Position numbers and translations under genes: made by a program
Shown: piece after piece, positions 11,510 through 22,670 of the stretch
Numbering within the stretch: the stretch's first letter is position 1
Layout: the number at the start of each line of letters is the position of its first letter
Notes under the pieces: model-generated
What the model was told of the DNA's origin: nothing
The model's database searches: none
Seen by the model: the letters and a program-made list of their open reading frames with translations, nothing else
Assembly: GCA_965644295.1 (NCBI GenBank)
Contig: CBFFRP010000253.1
Location: 62,001-126,000 of the forward strand
Source: Paraphysomonas bandaiensis
Lineage: Eukaryota; Protista; Chrysophyceae
Length of the DNA: 64,000 bases
Direction: 5' to 3'

Positions 11510-12975
11510 TGATATACACTTACAATTGCTGAATCGATTACTGGGTTAGATTTCCATTCTTAGGGATTATTGAATGAATTAAGGCCCATAATGTTACATC
11601 CAACATGCCAGGCAGGTACTTTAAATCCCTGTATATATTACTATGTTACAGTATGTATGATATTATGAAGCCAAATATTGGGATTTATATATCTAAAACT
11701 CAGAAAAACATTAAAATATGGATTTTCTGTCAGGATACAGTGAGAATATCCCCCTACCAGTACATTGTAACTTTTTGATTTTTAACGATTTTATCCTTAT
11801 AAATACAGTATATTATGAACAAAAAGTCTTTTTTCTTGGCGCCGAGGGTCTAAAAATAAGGAAAAATCACCTTATAATAAGAATTCTTACTGGAAAAATC
11901 GCTCAATCCAACCCTACACATCGTCCACATTCTCCACCGACTCCAGTGGTGTATATATATACTGCAATAGATCATTTAAGGTGGGTATTAGATGGTTTTG
12001 CACTCGGCACCTACAACAAAAGATAAAAAGTTCCGTATAAGGCACCCCTATATTCTTATTGTAATGTCATAACCAGCTATTGGATGCATACAACATTCTC
12101 TCACTCTGTCGCACTATTTGTGGTGTAAAACCCTCCTACGTAGTCAAAGTAACTAATAAATGACTCAATCTAATTATTCTTATACCCATTGATTACACAT
12201 TGTGACTGTCTAAGATACGTGCTCACACCACACAAGCATCAAAACAAACATAACAATGATGTATACTGCCCTATTCCGAGGGTATGGCCATAGTGTAGAC
12301 TCACTGGCACACCACATATAATGCCGAGATTTTGCGCTGGTTCTACCACCTGCCTGCCCGAGGACCAACGTAACTGACCGCATAGATCGATCACGCACAC
12401 ATTCTGTTGCCGCCCCATCACCTAACAAAGATTACGCGGAGCTCCTTGTGACCATGCATGACTTTATAAGCCTCATATAATATAGGGTATACATGAATGC
12501 GCGGGTTTTTGTAGAGTGTAGATCTAGCTAGAGCTTGCTTGGCACCGACACACAAAGAATACGAATAGATTTTATTAACATTCTATATGTTAGTTAGTTT
12601 AATCATCACTAGCACTTTGCTAAGGCACGCTCTCAGAATAGGGCAATCAGCGTTTAAACAAAATCATTTGCTGAGGCATACAAATCTGTGTGAGGTGTGA
12701 GGAAAGTATAAGATAATTAATATTTGTAGAATTAGGGATGATACCTGCTCTATCATATTGTTGTACGTCTATTTATTGCTATTACGGTACACACATTCTA
12801 CTTGCAACCATATAGGTCAGTAAACTGAACCAACTAGTCTGAATTTAGCATTCATATGAAGTAATCAATGCAATAAACATGAACAAACAGTCGCCAATGG
12901 ATTTTATGTCAATTGGATGTAATTGTTTTAGTAATTAAAATTTACTACTAAAAGAAGTGGCTAATTCTATTAAAC

Positions 12976-13644
12976 TTATCGGAATACCTCAAACGAGTCA
13001 GAGTATATCATTACTACAGACAGGTACGCTCCGAGAAGTGGAAACACAAACCACAAGCCGTTGCTGAGGCCGACAAAGAGCATTACCTCCGTTATACCCT
13101 TTCCTTTGTATCTCTGATTCATCACATAACTGAGAAAGTAAATAACGGTACCGTAAAATTCCTGATAGAATTTGAGTACACCGAGAATACCCAGGGCTCT
13201 GGCTGGCATGACCTCGACAGTGACCCCAACCATAAACAGGACAGAAGGAATCAGAGTACTCCATCCATTTCCCACATCAATAAAAAACCCATATGATTCT
13301 TTGTTAGAGTAGCTCGGATCATACAGAGCATATGTCGACCACACACGTGACCAAAACTTTAGTGTTACCATCTCCATAACACTCATAGGCATAAGAAAAA
13401 ATTCCGTAACTGCACCAAATTCATTCCCTTTAAATTTCTCTTTAAGTCTATGAAACTCTTTAGTAATATAAGTGATATTTAGTCCAAGAGATATCTCCCA
13501 TATGGATATAAGCGCATTCAAAGAGCAAAAAAATGAAACGAGAGTTTGATATAAATTAAACTGTCCATGTATATGAATATGAAGAATGCATGGTAAAAGA
13601 GTGCCAAGAATGACGTAAGAGAATATGAAGTGGAAGACTTTCAT
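12976..13644 (-). CDS. Multi-pass membrane protein, tentatively EXPERA/EBP-like (~222 aa from MKVFHF)
   Basis: Several hydrophobic helices; WSTYALYDPSY..FFIDVGNG and NGLWFVFP motifs; upstream MYVC run is microsatellite read-through. Confidence 0.6.
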   Translation of the reverse strand: MKVFHFIFSYVILGTLLPCILHIHIHGQFNLYQTLVSFFCSLNALISIWEISLGLNITYITKEFHRLKEKFKGNEFGAVTEFFLMPMSVMEMVTLKFWSRVWSTYALYDPSYSNKESYGFFIDVGNGWSTLIPSVLFMVGVTVEVMPARALGILGVLKFYQEFYGTVIYFLSYVMNQRYKGKGITEVMLFVGLSNGLWFVFPLLGAYLSVVMIYSDSFEVFR

Positions 13645-13724
13645 GGGTATAGATGTAGATGTATGGAGATATATAGAGATGTATAGGTGTGATGCAGCTA
13701 CCTTAACAAGCAATACCCAACAAC

Positions 13725-14069
13725 CATACATACATACATACATACATACATACATACATACATACATACATACATACATACATACATACATACATACATA
13801 CATACATACATACATACATACATACATACATACATACATACATACATACATACATACATACATACATACATACATACATACATACATACATACATACATA
13901 CATACATACATACATACATACATACATACATACATACATACATACATACATACATACATACATACATACATACATACATACATACATACATACATACATA
14001 CATACATACATACATACATACATACATACATACATACATACATACATACATACATACATACATACATAC
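13725..14069. repeat. (CATA)n microsatellite, ~345 bp, between divergent genes
   Basis: Pure array; ATGs at 13644 (-) and 14129 (+). Confidence 0.98.
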
Positions 14070-14128
14070 TTATACTTGTATGTGTAGGTTAGATTGATGT
14101 GGCTAGTTGGACAGTATCAGTAACTTCT

Positions 14129-16707
14129 ATGGCGTCAATTCCTCCCACCCCTCAAACATGTGTCTTCGTACTACCACAAGATTACGGTCACTTCGCCTAC
14201 ACTCTTCCTCTGTCACGTGCTCTTCATCAGCGGGGGTATGCTGTGGAGATATGGTCACATCGCTCAGCTGCTAATCAAATACCTCCCTATGCGACATTCT
14301 ATGAGCTTGCAACAAATCAATCCTTCACTGAATTCTACTGTAAAGAATCCAGTTATGGTTAGTATACACACTTCGTACACAGACGACAATGAATGTATAG
14401 TTATATGATAGTAGTAGTATGTATAGTTATATGGTAGTAGTAGTATGTATAGTTATGTGATAGTAGTAGTATGTATAGTTATATGATAGTAGTAGTATGT
14501 ATAGTTATATGATAGTAGTAGTATGTATAGTTATATGATAGTAGTAGTATGTATAGTTATATGATAGTAGTAGTATGTATAGTTATATGATAGTAGTAGT
14601 ATGTATAGTTATATGGTAGTAGTAGTATGTATAGTTATATGATAGTAGTAGTATGTATAGTTATATGATAGTAGTAGTATGTATAGTGATATGATAGTAG
14701 TAGTATGTATAGTTATGTGATAGTAGTAGTATGTATAGTTATATGATAGTAGTAGTATGTATAGTTATATGATAGTAGTAGTATGTATAGTTATATGATA
14801 GTAGTAGTATGTATAGTTATATGATAGTAGTAGTATGTATAGTTATATGATAGTAGTAGTATGTATAGTTATATGATAGTAGTAGTATGTATAGTTATAT
14901 GATAGTAGTAGTATGTATAGTTATATGATAGTAGTAGTATGTATAGTTATATGATAGTAGTAGTATGTATAGTTATATGGTAGTAGTAGTATGTATAGTT
15001 ATATGATAGTAGTAGTATGTATAGTTATATGATAGTAGTAGTATGTATAGTTATATGATAGTAGTAGTATGTATAGTTATATGATAGTAGTAGTATGTAT
15101 AGTTATATGATAGTAGTAGTATGTATAGTTATATGATAGTAGTAGTATGTATAGTTATATGATAGTAGTAGTATGTATAGTTATATGATAGTAGTAGTAT
15201 GTATAGTTATATGATAGTAGTAGTATGTATAGTTATATGATAGTAGTAGTATGTATAGTTATATGATAGTAGTAGTATGTATAGTTATATGATAGTAGTA
15301 GTATGTATAGTTATATGATAGTAGTAGTATGTATAGTTATATGATAGTAGTAGTATGTATAGTTATATGATAGTAGTAGTATGTATAGTTATATGGTAGT
15401 AGTAGTATGTATAGTTATGTGATAGTAGTAGTATGTATAGTTATATGGTAGTAGTAGTATGTATAGTTATATGATAGTAGTAGTATGTATAGTTATATTT
15501 GGGTGTTATTGTTTTCATTGTAATACCTTTAGATTTTTGTTAGTGAAATGGTAGTAGCAGTAATCAGTTTGGTTTTGTAGGAGACGATGATCTGGAAAAT
15601 ATTCTTCGTATGAGTACGTCCATAAATCAATTGTTAAGCGATGCTTTTGCGAGCTCTGGCTGGAATCCTATGAGAGGGCTCATGGGAGATGATGAAAGGG
15701 TGATTGCCTTAAAACGACGTCTACGTCAGTCTGATGTTGTGCTATGTGTGAATGATAAGTGCCATGTTTTTTCATGGGTAGGGGACTATTGTGAGAAGTG
15801 TAAGATACCTGTTCTCAACTTATGCCCTTCTCAACACGAAATTCAAAGACAACGTGCTGGAGTACTGTCTCAGTGGCAAAGTATATTTAAAAATATTACC
15901 ACCTGGGTGTCTCCTGCTGATTATGAATGTGAGAGTGTAAGGGCTCTACCTGAAGGGGCACAGGTCCCTTCTGTACAAGGGCTATACGTCACGTATGCAC
16001 CCCTAATATCTGATCTCTCATTAGTACCACCTGGCCGTGAGGTGATAGGACCGGTGTATATGTCTGAGGAGGAAATTAGCTTTCAACTAGAAGAACTGGC
16101 GGTGTCTGGACTGAAGGCTTGGTTAGATTCCGATCCTCGTCCAGTGGTGTATGTATCTTTGGGTTCGATGGTAAAAGATTCAAGTATGAGCGTGAATGGC
16201 ATACATGTTTTATTCGAAGCTTTGTATAGTGATCCCTCGTGGAGAGTTCTTTCCACTGTACAACCAGTAAAAGGTTTGCGTAAGATAATAGAAAATAGTG
16301 AAGATGAACACTTCAGAATAAGATTCACGTCCTGGGTCCCTCAATTTGCCGTTCTACATCACCCTTCAGTGCAAGCCTTTGTCTCTCATTGTGGTGCGAC
16401 TTCTATCCACGAGGCGATCTACAATGCTGTGCCTATTGTTGGTATTCCCTTCTTCGACGACCAGCGATATAATGCCCCTAGGCTAGTGGAGCTGGGGTTG
16501 GCATCAGCTTGTTTATCTAAAACACGCTGCACACATGATGAGGTCCTTTCAAGTGTCAGAGTAGCCTTGTCCTGTTCAAAATTGAAGCAGAAAATGATAG
16601 CAGCTAGTACAGAAGCAAAAGCGGTCAATGGTTTGGGGAGGCTTGTGCATGAATCACTCCGTTTAATTCAATTTAGTGTTCAATACCCAGTGAAGAGTAT
16701 TGGTTAG
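14129..16707 (+). CDS. UDP-glycosyltransferase (GT1/UDPGT); exons 14129-14357 and 15581-16707
   Basis: N-terminal DYGHF..LHQRGY; VVYVSLGS; signature WVPQFAVLHHPSVQAFVSHCGATSIHEAIYNAVPIVGIPFFDDQ; splice joins in frame (SSYG|DDDLENILRM). Confidence 0.9.
14393..15497. repeat. 26-bp minisatellite (ATGTATAGTTATATGATAGTAGTAGT), ~42 copies, filling UGT intron 1
   Basis: Visible tandem array with rare single-base variants. Confidence 0.97.
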
Positions 16708-17952
16708 AGTTAATGGGTTTACTTTTGTTGTTGTTTGAACTAATGCCAGCTCATTTCTATGCTCTGTATATACATCAACAATATAACTTTAAAAATTACA
16801 TATTCCTTGTGGATACACCACAAGTTATACTTTGGTAATTATTATTCCCCAGTCGCGGTGAGAGTTGCACTTGTAAGCAGGGTTAGGAAACAATATATTG
16901 CAGCACCATGTTAGATATCGTCTTATCAGAAACATTGCAACACTTTTGTAACCAGTCCAACAATACTATATTACATTTTATTGCGATTATAATTATTATA
17001 ATCATAATTTGTAGATCTAGCTAGTTTAGGCTTTTTATTGAGTATGTATATACTACCAATTTTAATCATTTACTTCATCACTAATCGAATATTTTAAGCC
17101 CAATTTTAAAACTTTGCACTGCTGAGTTTTGCTGTTTACAAGCAATCGACAGCTGCTTTTTGACTTTTTGAAGTCATGAATTGTAGCTGTTACTTAAAGC
17201 TTAAAGAACACGGTATTTAGAAGCAGTGTTATGTAATGTGCTGCCTGATGAAGTCAATCATTCGAGAATGGACCCACCTCAAGGGAATCCGAGGTATTGA
17301 GCTGCCTAATTAATTCAAGCATCCGGGATGTTAACCTCAAGGACAGAGAACGAAAGCGGCTGCACCTTGGTACTTGCGGTGACGAACAATCAGCTTTTGT
17401 AGCGCCAAATAATAGGATAGCACAGCCAAGCATTAGTTAGTTAAATTGTTTTGATACATTAGTTCTGACTTTTACACGCCTATTGCTGTTAATCAGACAT
17501 TCACTACATTACAGAAACTTTAAATTAAATCAATAATCAAGTAATTAAAATTGTGATCAACATCTCTTATCATTCATTGTCATGCACTGAATTCATATTG
17601 TCAAACAGTTATTATAATTCAGTTTCAGTAAGATAATTCATATAGTATCATTAGATCATGTAATACTGTCATGTAATACTGCGTGCAGCTACTGTATTCT
17701 TTAAGTATCGGTTATAATTTAAGTACTTTAAAACATAGCTTTTAATTTCTTACAAACAAGCAACACTCAACACACAAACTACGCCGAAAAATACAAAATC
17801 AAGTACTCTCTATATACAGTTAAGTAATTTCACAGTCACATATCCTATTATAGTAAGATGTCTAACTGATACATACTTAATTAACCATACTCAACACTAC
17901 TTCCAAACGACTCCACAGCTATTTATCCTTTAGAAGTTAATCAGCGTATAAT

Positions 17953-18091
17953 CATATAATATAATCGTGCGTAATGATATATCGTGATCATAACAAAACA
18001 GTTCCGTATAATAATATTACAATTTACCAGAAATATCATCCACAGACGATACTCCCATCATATATGTTATTTCATAATTGTTCTTCTTTGT
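17953..18091 (-). repeat. Degenerate duplicate of the 3' end and 3'UTR of the TSP1/SRCR gene (copy of ~18157-18296)
   Basis: Shared blocks aaaacagttccgtataat, tcatccacagacgatactcccat, tttcataattgttcttctttgt. Confidence 0.85.
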
Positions 18092-18224
18092 TATTCCACA
18101 CTACTTCCAGTCAGCTCTGCAGTTATTTGGCCCTGTAAAAATTATCAACGCTTAAGCATATAATATAATCGCATATATAGTGATACTATATATCGTGCTC
18201 ATAATAAAACAGTTCCGTATAATA

Positions 18225-21200
18225 TTACAGTTTAACTGAAACATCATCCACAGACGATACTCCCATGTATGTTGTTTCATAATTGTTCTTCTTTGTAGCA
18301 TCATAGTCATTTTTATCAGCATCATGATCGTCGGTGTTTTCAGCATCATGGTTACTTCGTTGTTTCGATTGACACACCCCATACACTTTTTTGCATCCAC
18401 AATATATGGCGAGCACGGCAACAACAATTATGACGACTACTATTACAATGCTGATAACGACCGCACCAGAAGGTGAAGTCGAAGCCGAGTGCGCCAGAAC
18501 TAGCTGAGTACATTTTATTGACACATCTTCGTCATGAATGCAGTCTTGTGTAGTGTGAGAATACGCACAATCCATTAAAGTGACTTCGTCTCCGCTACAT
18601 TGTACATTACTGATATGTATGGGTTCACTTACATCTTCACTCGCCGATGGTATCACATATCCCTCAGACCCTTTTCCCATCATCTGTGTGCATGCAACGG
18701 TCGCCGAGACATTCTGAAATCCTCGATTACATATCGTACCCCATGAGTAATTCACATAAATATATAGCCTTCCCTCTTGTGTATCACCCTTAGCCGAGGA
18801 GGTAAATGAGAGTGAGCCTTCGGAGGGGAGCGTTGGGGATTGTGTTGGGGATGATGTGCAGTCTCTTATTTTACACGGTCGTTCTTCGGAGAGAGGTGGG
18901 CATATTGCACCATTCTGAGGATTAATTACTACCGTTCTTGTACGAAATTGCGTCCCCTGGTCACAGTGAGCACTGCACTCACTCCATTCACTCCATGCAC
19001 TCACTTGACATAACCGGAGCGTGGGGGATTGTGTGGGGGATAGTGTGGGGGATGATGTGCAGTCTCTTATTTTACAAGGTCGTTCTTCGGAGAGAGGTGG
19101 GCATATTGCACCTCCATTCTGAGGATTAATTACTACCGTTCTTGTACGAAATTGTGTCCCCTGGTCACAGTGAGCACTGCACCCACTCCATCCACTCCAT
19201 GCACTTACTTGACAGTCAACAGTACACTGCGAGGAATACCAATCCCAATTCGAACACGTCTCACTCTTTGCATTACTTCTATCTCCACTTCTACATGTGC
19301 TTGTACTCTGACACCATCCACAGCTGCTTTTCGATGTGCATTCACCACATGCAGTATTTGATGCGCAGGGATCTTCGCAGGAAGCATAGTCCGTATTGCT
19401 TCCAGTGCAATCTTCTCCACATGCATTTCTCGATACACGTTTTCCTCGATAACGCTTTCTAATAAATCCACCCGAAGCTGAATTAGCAAAGGATGCATCA
19501 TATTCACATGCTCCCCAAGGACCCCACGACCCCCAGGCACAGTTACGAGGTGTACAAGTTGTGGTCAATTTAATCGAAACTTCACGATGGGGTGAACCCA
19601 GCGAATATTCTCTCAGTCTATAGCGCTCACCACCATATTCTCTTTCAAGGGAACCCTCCCATTTAAAATAACCGTTTGTTGACTCCCCGTAATAATATAT
19701 TGTTCCGTAAGTTGTACTGCCCATATATATACTTTGACCGTAACTCAAATATTTCGAATAAAATGTCCATTCTCGATTGAATCTGTCATAGTAATAGATG
19801 ATTACATATAACCTCTCTGCATGATCAGCGTTATGTGTAACGAATATACGATAGTTGGGTGGTGTAGTAATTATCGATGGATCATAAGTAACGAATTTAT
19901 TGACACCTAGACTTGATCCAGCATCATAGAGACTGAATTCCCGCACTTTGTTATCAATTGCATATGACCTATCACCACGGCCGTAGTAGACTCCAGTGCT
20001 AGGATCATAAGCATGGAGATAGAATAAACGATTTTGCGTTCGAGCGATGAATCTGTATTCTCCCGGATCTACACGATACCAATAGCGAAGGCGCCATTGG
20101 CCTTCATATCCCCAATCGGTATAGCGGCTGTTATAAAAATTAGGACTAATTTCAACATAATGAACAGCAATTAAGAGATGGCGGTCACCCGTATTACGTA
20201 TAACAATGTCTATCTCATGACTATCCGGTACGTTGCATGCACAACCACATGGTACCAGGCAAAAACAAACACTACTACAACCACAGCAGTCACAAGCACA
20301 CCCAGGTGATGGATGGGGTAATTGCGGTTGCAAATATATTAATGTCAGAGGACGACAACCAAGGTTATAGATAATTGCAGTGGCAAAATTTTTGTACCGA
20401 CTGTATCCGTGTCGTTGCCAGCCCCATAATGCAAGGAATTCTGTGTTCGATATCTCGTGCGATGTTGCATCCGTGTCATGGTATAATATAGTAGATTCTG
20501 TGTACCCATATACAACTATATAATGTTGCATGGGCACCTGAAAAGAGATAGAATGACTTCCAAAAGGACCTAAATCCACGGATTCTGTACCCTGTGAATC
20601 CATAGAAACGAGTATATTCACAATAACCGGTCGCCCTTGGTCAATTAGTTGGTGAACTCGGTTAAGTCCAGCCGATGTCGAAGAGTAGGCTTCATACTTC
20701 GCAAAGTTGCTCGAGCCTACCCAAGAGTTAATCTTGTTAGCAAAAAGTGGTGCAGGGTTGCCCATTTTGTATTTCCAAGGAGGAATTTCAAAGTGAACGT
20801 TGCAGAAATCAAGACTTCCAGTATACCATGAGCCAAATGGATCAAGCCCAAGAAGACTACACATATTAATGTCAATAGGCAAGGCAAAAGGAGTGATTAT
20901 ATCAAGAAATCCTTCAAATGTTGTCGAATATCCCAATTGTTTCGTGATACGACTTAAAGAGGAAAGACCACAGGCCCATTCGTCAGCATTCTTGTATTTA
21001 ACTTGATCTTGTGGTGTTGGTACATAAGATAACACCACTATATTACTGCTACTGCTACTAGTAGTAGTATAGCTGCTGCTGCTGCTGTTGCTGCTGTCGC
21101 TCTTGTTAGATGATACAGTCGTAATAAGTGTAGTATAATCGATATAAATTTCATTAATATCCCCTTGAATGACATCATCGGGTGCTATAGATGTGTTTGT

Positions 21201-21362
21201 ATGTCTATCTGCAGGTAGATGCGGGTCATGTGGGCGTATATCGTCATACTCTACTGGGGTGTCCGTATACAGCCAATGAGTGTGATTATGGGCATTAATA
21301 AGGATGAAAGTGATGAAAAGTATTAAGAAGTGAATTGAAATGATTCTGATAATGGGTTTCAT
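18225..21362 (-). CDS. Intronless type-I membrane protein: signal peptide, C39-like Cys peptidase, Cys linker, 2 DUF1036-like repeats, TSP1, PSI, 2 TSP1, SRCR, TM
   Basis: ACGLSSL..GRPVIV..HYIVVYGY..YHDT; WGSWGPWGAC; CGECTSKSSCGWC; CQVSAWSGWSGCSAHC twice; EGRL..WGTICNRGF..VACTQM..CSGDE..C..C..C; VVISIVIVVVIIVVAVLAIYC. Confidence 0.85.
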   Translation of the reverse strand: MKPIIRIISIHFLILFITFILINAHNHTHWLYTDTPVEYDDIRPHDPHLPADRHTNTSIAPDDVIQGDINEIYIDYTTLITTVSSNKSDSSNSSSSSYTTTSSSSSNIVVLSYVPTPQDQVKYKNADEWACGLSSLSRITKQLGYSTTFEGFLDIITPFALPIDINMCSLLGLDPFGSWYTGSLDFCNVHFEIPPWKYKMGNPAPLFANKINSWVGSSNFAKYEAYSSTSAGLNRVHQLIDQGRPVIVNILVSMDSQGTESVDLGPFGSHSISFQVPMQHYIVVYGYTESTILYHDTDATSHEISNTEFLALWGWQRHGYSRYKNFATAIIYNLGCRPLTLIYLQPQLPHPSPGCACDCCGCSSVCFCLVPCGCACNVPDSHEIDIVIRNTGDRHLLIAVHYVEISPNFYNSRYTDWGYEGQWRLRYWYRVDPGEYRFIARTQNRLFYLHAYDPSTGVYYGRGDRSYAIDNKVREFSLYDAGSSLGVNKFVTYDPSIITTPPNYRIFVTHNADHAERLYVIIYYYDRFNREWTFYSKYLSYGQSIYMGSTTYGTIYYYGESTNGYFKWEGSLEREYGGERYRLREYSLGSPHREVSIKLTTTCTPRNCAWGSWGPWGACEYDASFANSASGGFIRKRYRGKRVSRNACGEDCTGSNTDYASCEDPCASNTACGECTSKSSCGWCQSTSTCRSGDRSNAKSETCSNWDWYSSQCTVDCQVSAWSGWSGCSAHCDQGTQFRTRTVVINPQNGGAICPPLSEERPCKIRDCTSSPTLSPTQSPTLRLCQVSAWSEWSECSAHCDQGTQFRTRTVVINPQNGAICPPLSEERPCKIRDCTSSPTQSPTLPSEGSLSFTSSAKGDTQEGRLYIYVNYSWGTICNRGFQNVSATVACTQMMGKGSEGYVIPSASEDVSEPIHISNVQCSGDEVTLMDCAYSHTTQDCIHDEDVSIKCTQLVLAHSASTSPSGAVVISIVIVVVIIVVAVLAIYCGCKKVYGVCQSKQRSNHDAENTDDHDADKNDYDATKKNNYETTYMGVSSVDDVSVKL

Positions 21363-21542
21363 GATGTGTATGTGTTTATATATGGAGTGAGTTAGGAGAT
21401 ATGAGTGTGTGTGTATGTATGTATGTATAGATATGATTCCATGGCATTGGGACATGTACATATATGTATGTACTGCTCTATGTACACAGCAGTATGTATG
21501 TATAGTCATACTTCATACTTCTGGTAAAGTACTAGTAAGAAT

Positions 21543-21950
21543 GTACTTGTCCACTAGTATTCACTAGTATCGTAGTACTTCTATTACATGTGTTTTATCA
21601 AGAATCATATTCTGTTGTACTTGTGCACTAGTATTCACTAGTATCGTAGTACTTCTATTACATGTGTTTTATCAAGAATCATATTCTGTTGTACTTGTGC
21701 ACTAGTATTCACTAGTATCGTAGTACTTCTATTACATGTGTTTTATCAAGAATCATATTCTGTTGTACTTGTGCACTAGTATTCACTAGTATCGTAGTAC
21801 TTCTATTACATGTGTTTTATCAAGAATCATATTCTGTTGTACTTGTGCACTAGTATTCACTAGTATCGTAGTACTTCTATTACATGTGTTTTATATCAAG
21901 AATCATATTCTGTTGTACTTGTGCACTAGTATTCACTAGTATCGTGGTAC
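21543..21950. repeat. 74-bp tandem repeat, ~5.5 copies, upstream of the TSP1/SRCR gene
   Basis: Units start at 21543, 21617, 21691, 21765, 21839, 21915. Confidence 0.95.
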
Positions 21951-22121
21951 ACATATCACTGCTGGGGTACAGTATACTACCAGTATACGGGGGTTGAAAC
22001 TGTATTCCATCTTTCTTTGCTTTATACAACCCTACTATACTACAGTGCGTATATATGTGTATACTGTGTATATGATATACCAGTGTATTATACTAACACT
22101 ACAGCTGTGCCCAGTGGTACG

Positions 22122-22223
22122 TATCAGCAGTCAGCATCTTATTTTTCGGAAATAAATTGAAACAAAAATCTTCTATATTACTGATATACAACTACGGCTA
22201 GAATACACATAGTTGTTGTCTCA
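22122..22223 (+). repeat. Dispersed ~130-bp repeat family P, copy 1 (3'-truncated)
   Basis: gcagtcagcatcttatttttcggaaataaattga..tattactgatatacaactacggct..ttgttgtctca. Confidence 0.9.
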
Positions 22224-22537
22224 GTTTCTAATACATACAGCAGTATATAAACCAAACCCTCTGTATCACTATGTTATCTTGGTACTTCTTATATGCTACA
22301 TATCGCAAAGTGACTGATGTATAGAAGTGTTCTGGATTGAAAGTAATGCTCTTAGGGTGGAATGCACAAGTAATCAACACTGACAAACGGTGATGCCCCA
22401 TTCAGTGCTAGACTCCCATTAAAAACTATCTTGACTTTCATATGAATCTTCAATATATAGTTAAGTGTACATTTCTGTTTCTTTATTCTCACTGGGGGTG
22501 GTTGTGCATATCGATTTCATCGATTTGTCCATCGTTT

Positions 22538-22622
22538 ATTTCATCGAAAAATCATCGTTTTTTCAGTGAAAAGTAAAAAAAAAGTGATTTTAAATGAAAA
22601 AACGATGATTTTTCGATGAAAT
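22538..22622. repeat. Perfect 28-bp inverted repeat with 29-bp spacer
   Basis: atttcatcgaaaaatcatcgttttttca (22538-22565) is the exact reverse complement of 22595-22622. Confidence 0.92.
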
Positions 22623-22670
22623 TATCCGAAAATGAGAGAATTGGCCGATTATAACCTCCGTAGTCTTTAT

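Noticed and set aside
12200-12450. Coding-like intergenic patches (also 555-800, 24201-24473, 52680-53000)
   Set aside because: Probably decayed gene or TE fragments, but no motif is recognisable.
13625-14092. Long MYVC/HTYI ORFs here and near 33.0-33.6 kb and 50.7-51.4 kb
   Set aside because: (CATA)n has no stop codon in any frame, so these are microsatellite artefacts.
14393-15497. CRISPR-like appearance of the 26-bp and 74-bp (21543-21950) arrays
   Set aside because: Head-to-tail repeats without unique spacers, no cas genes, eukaryotic context.
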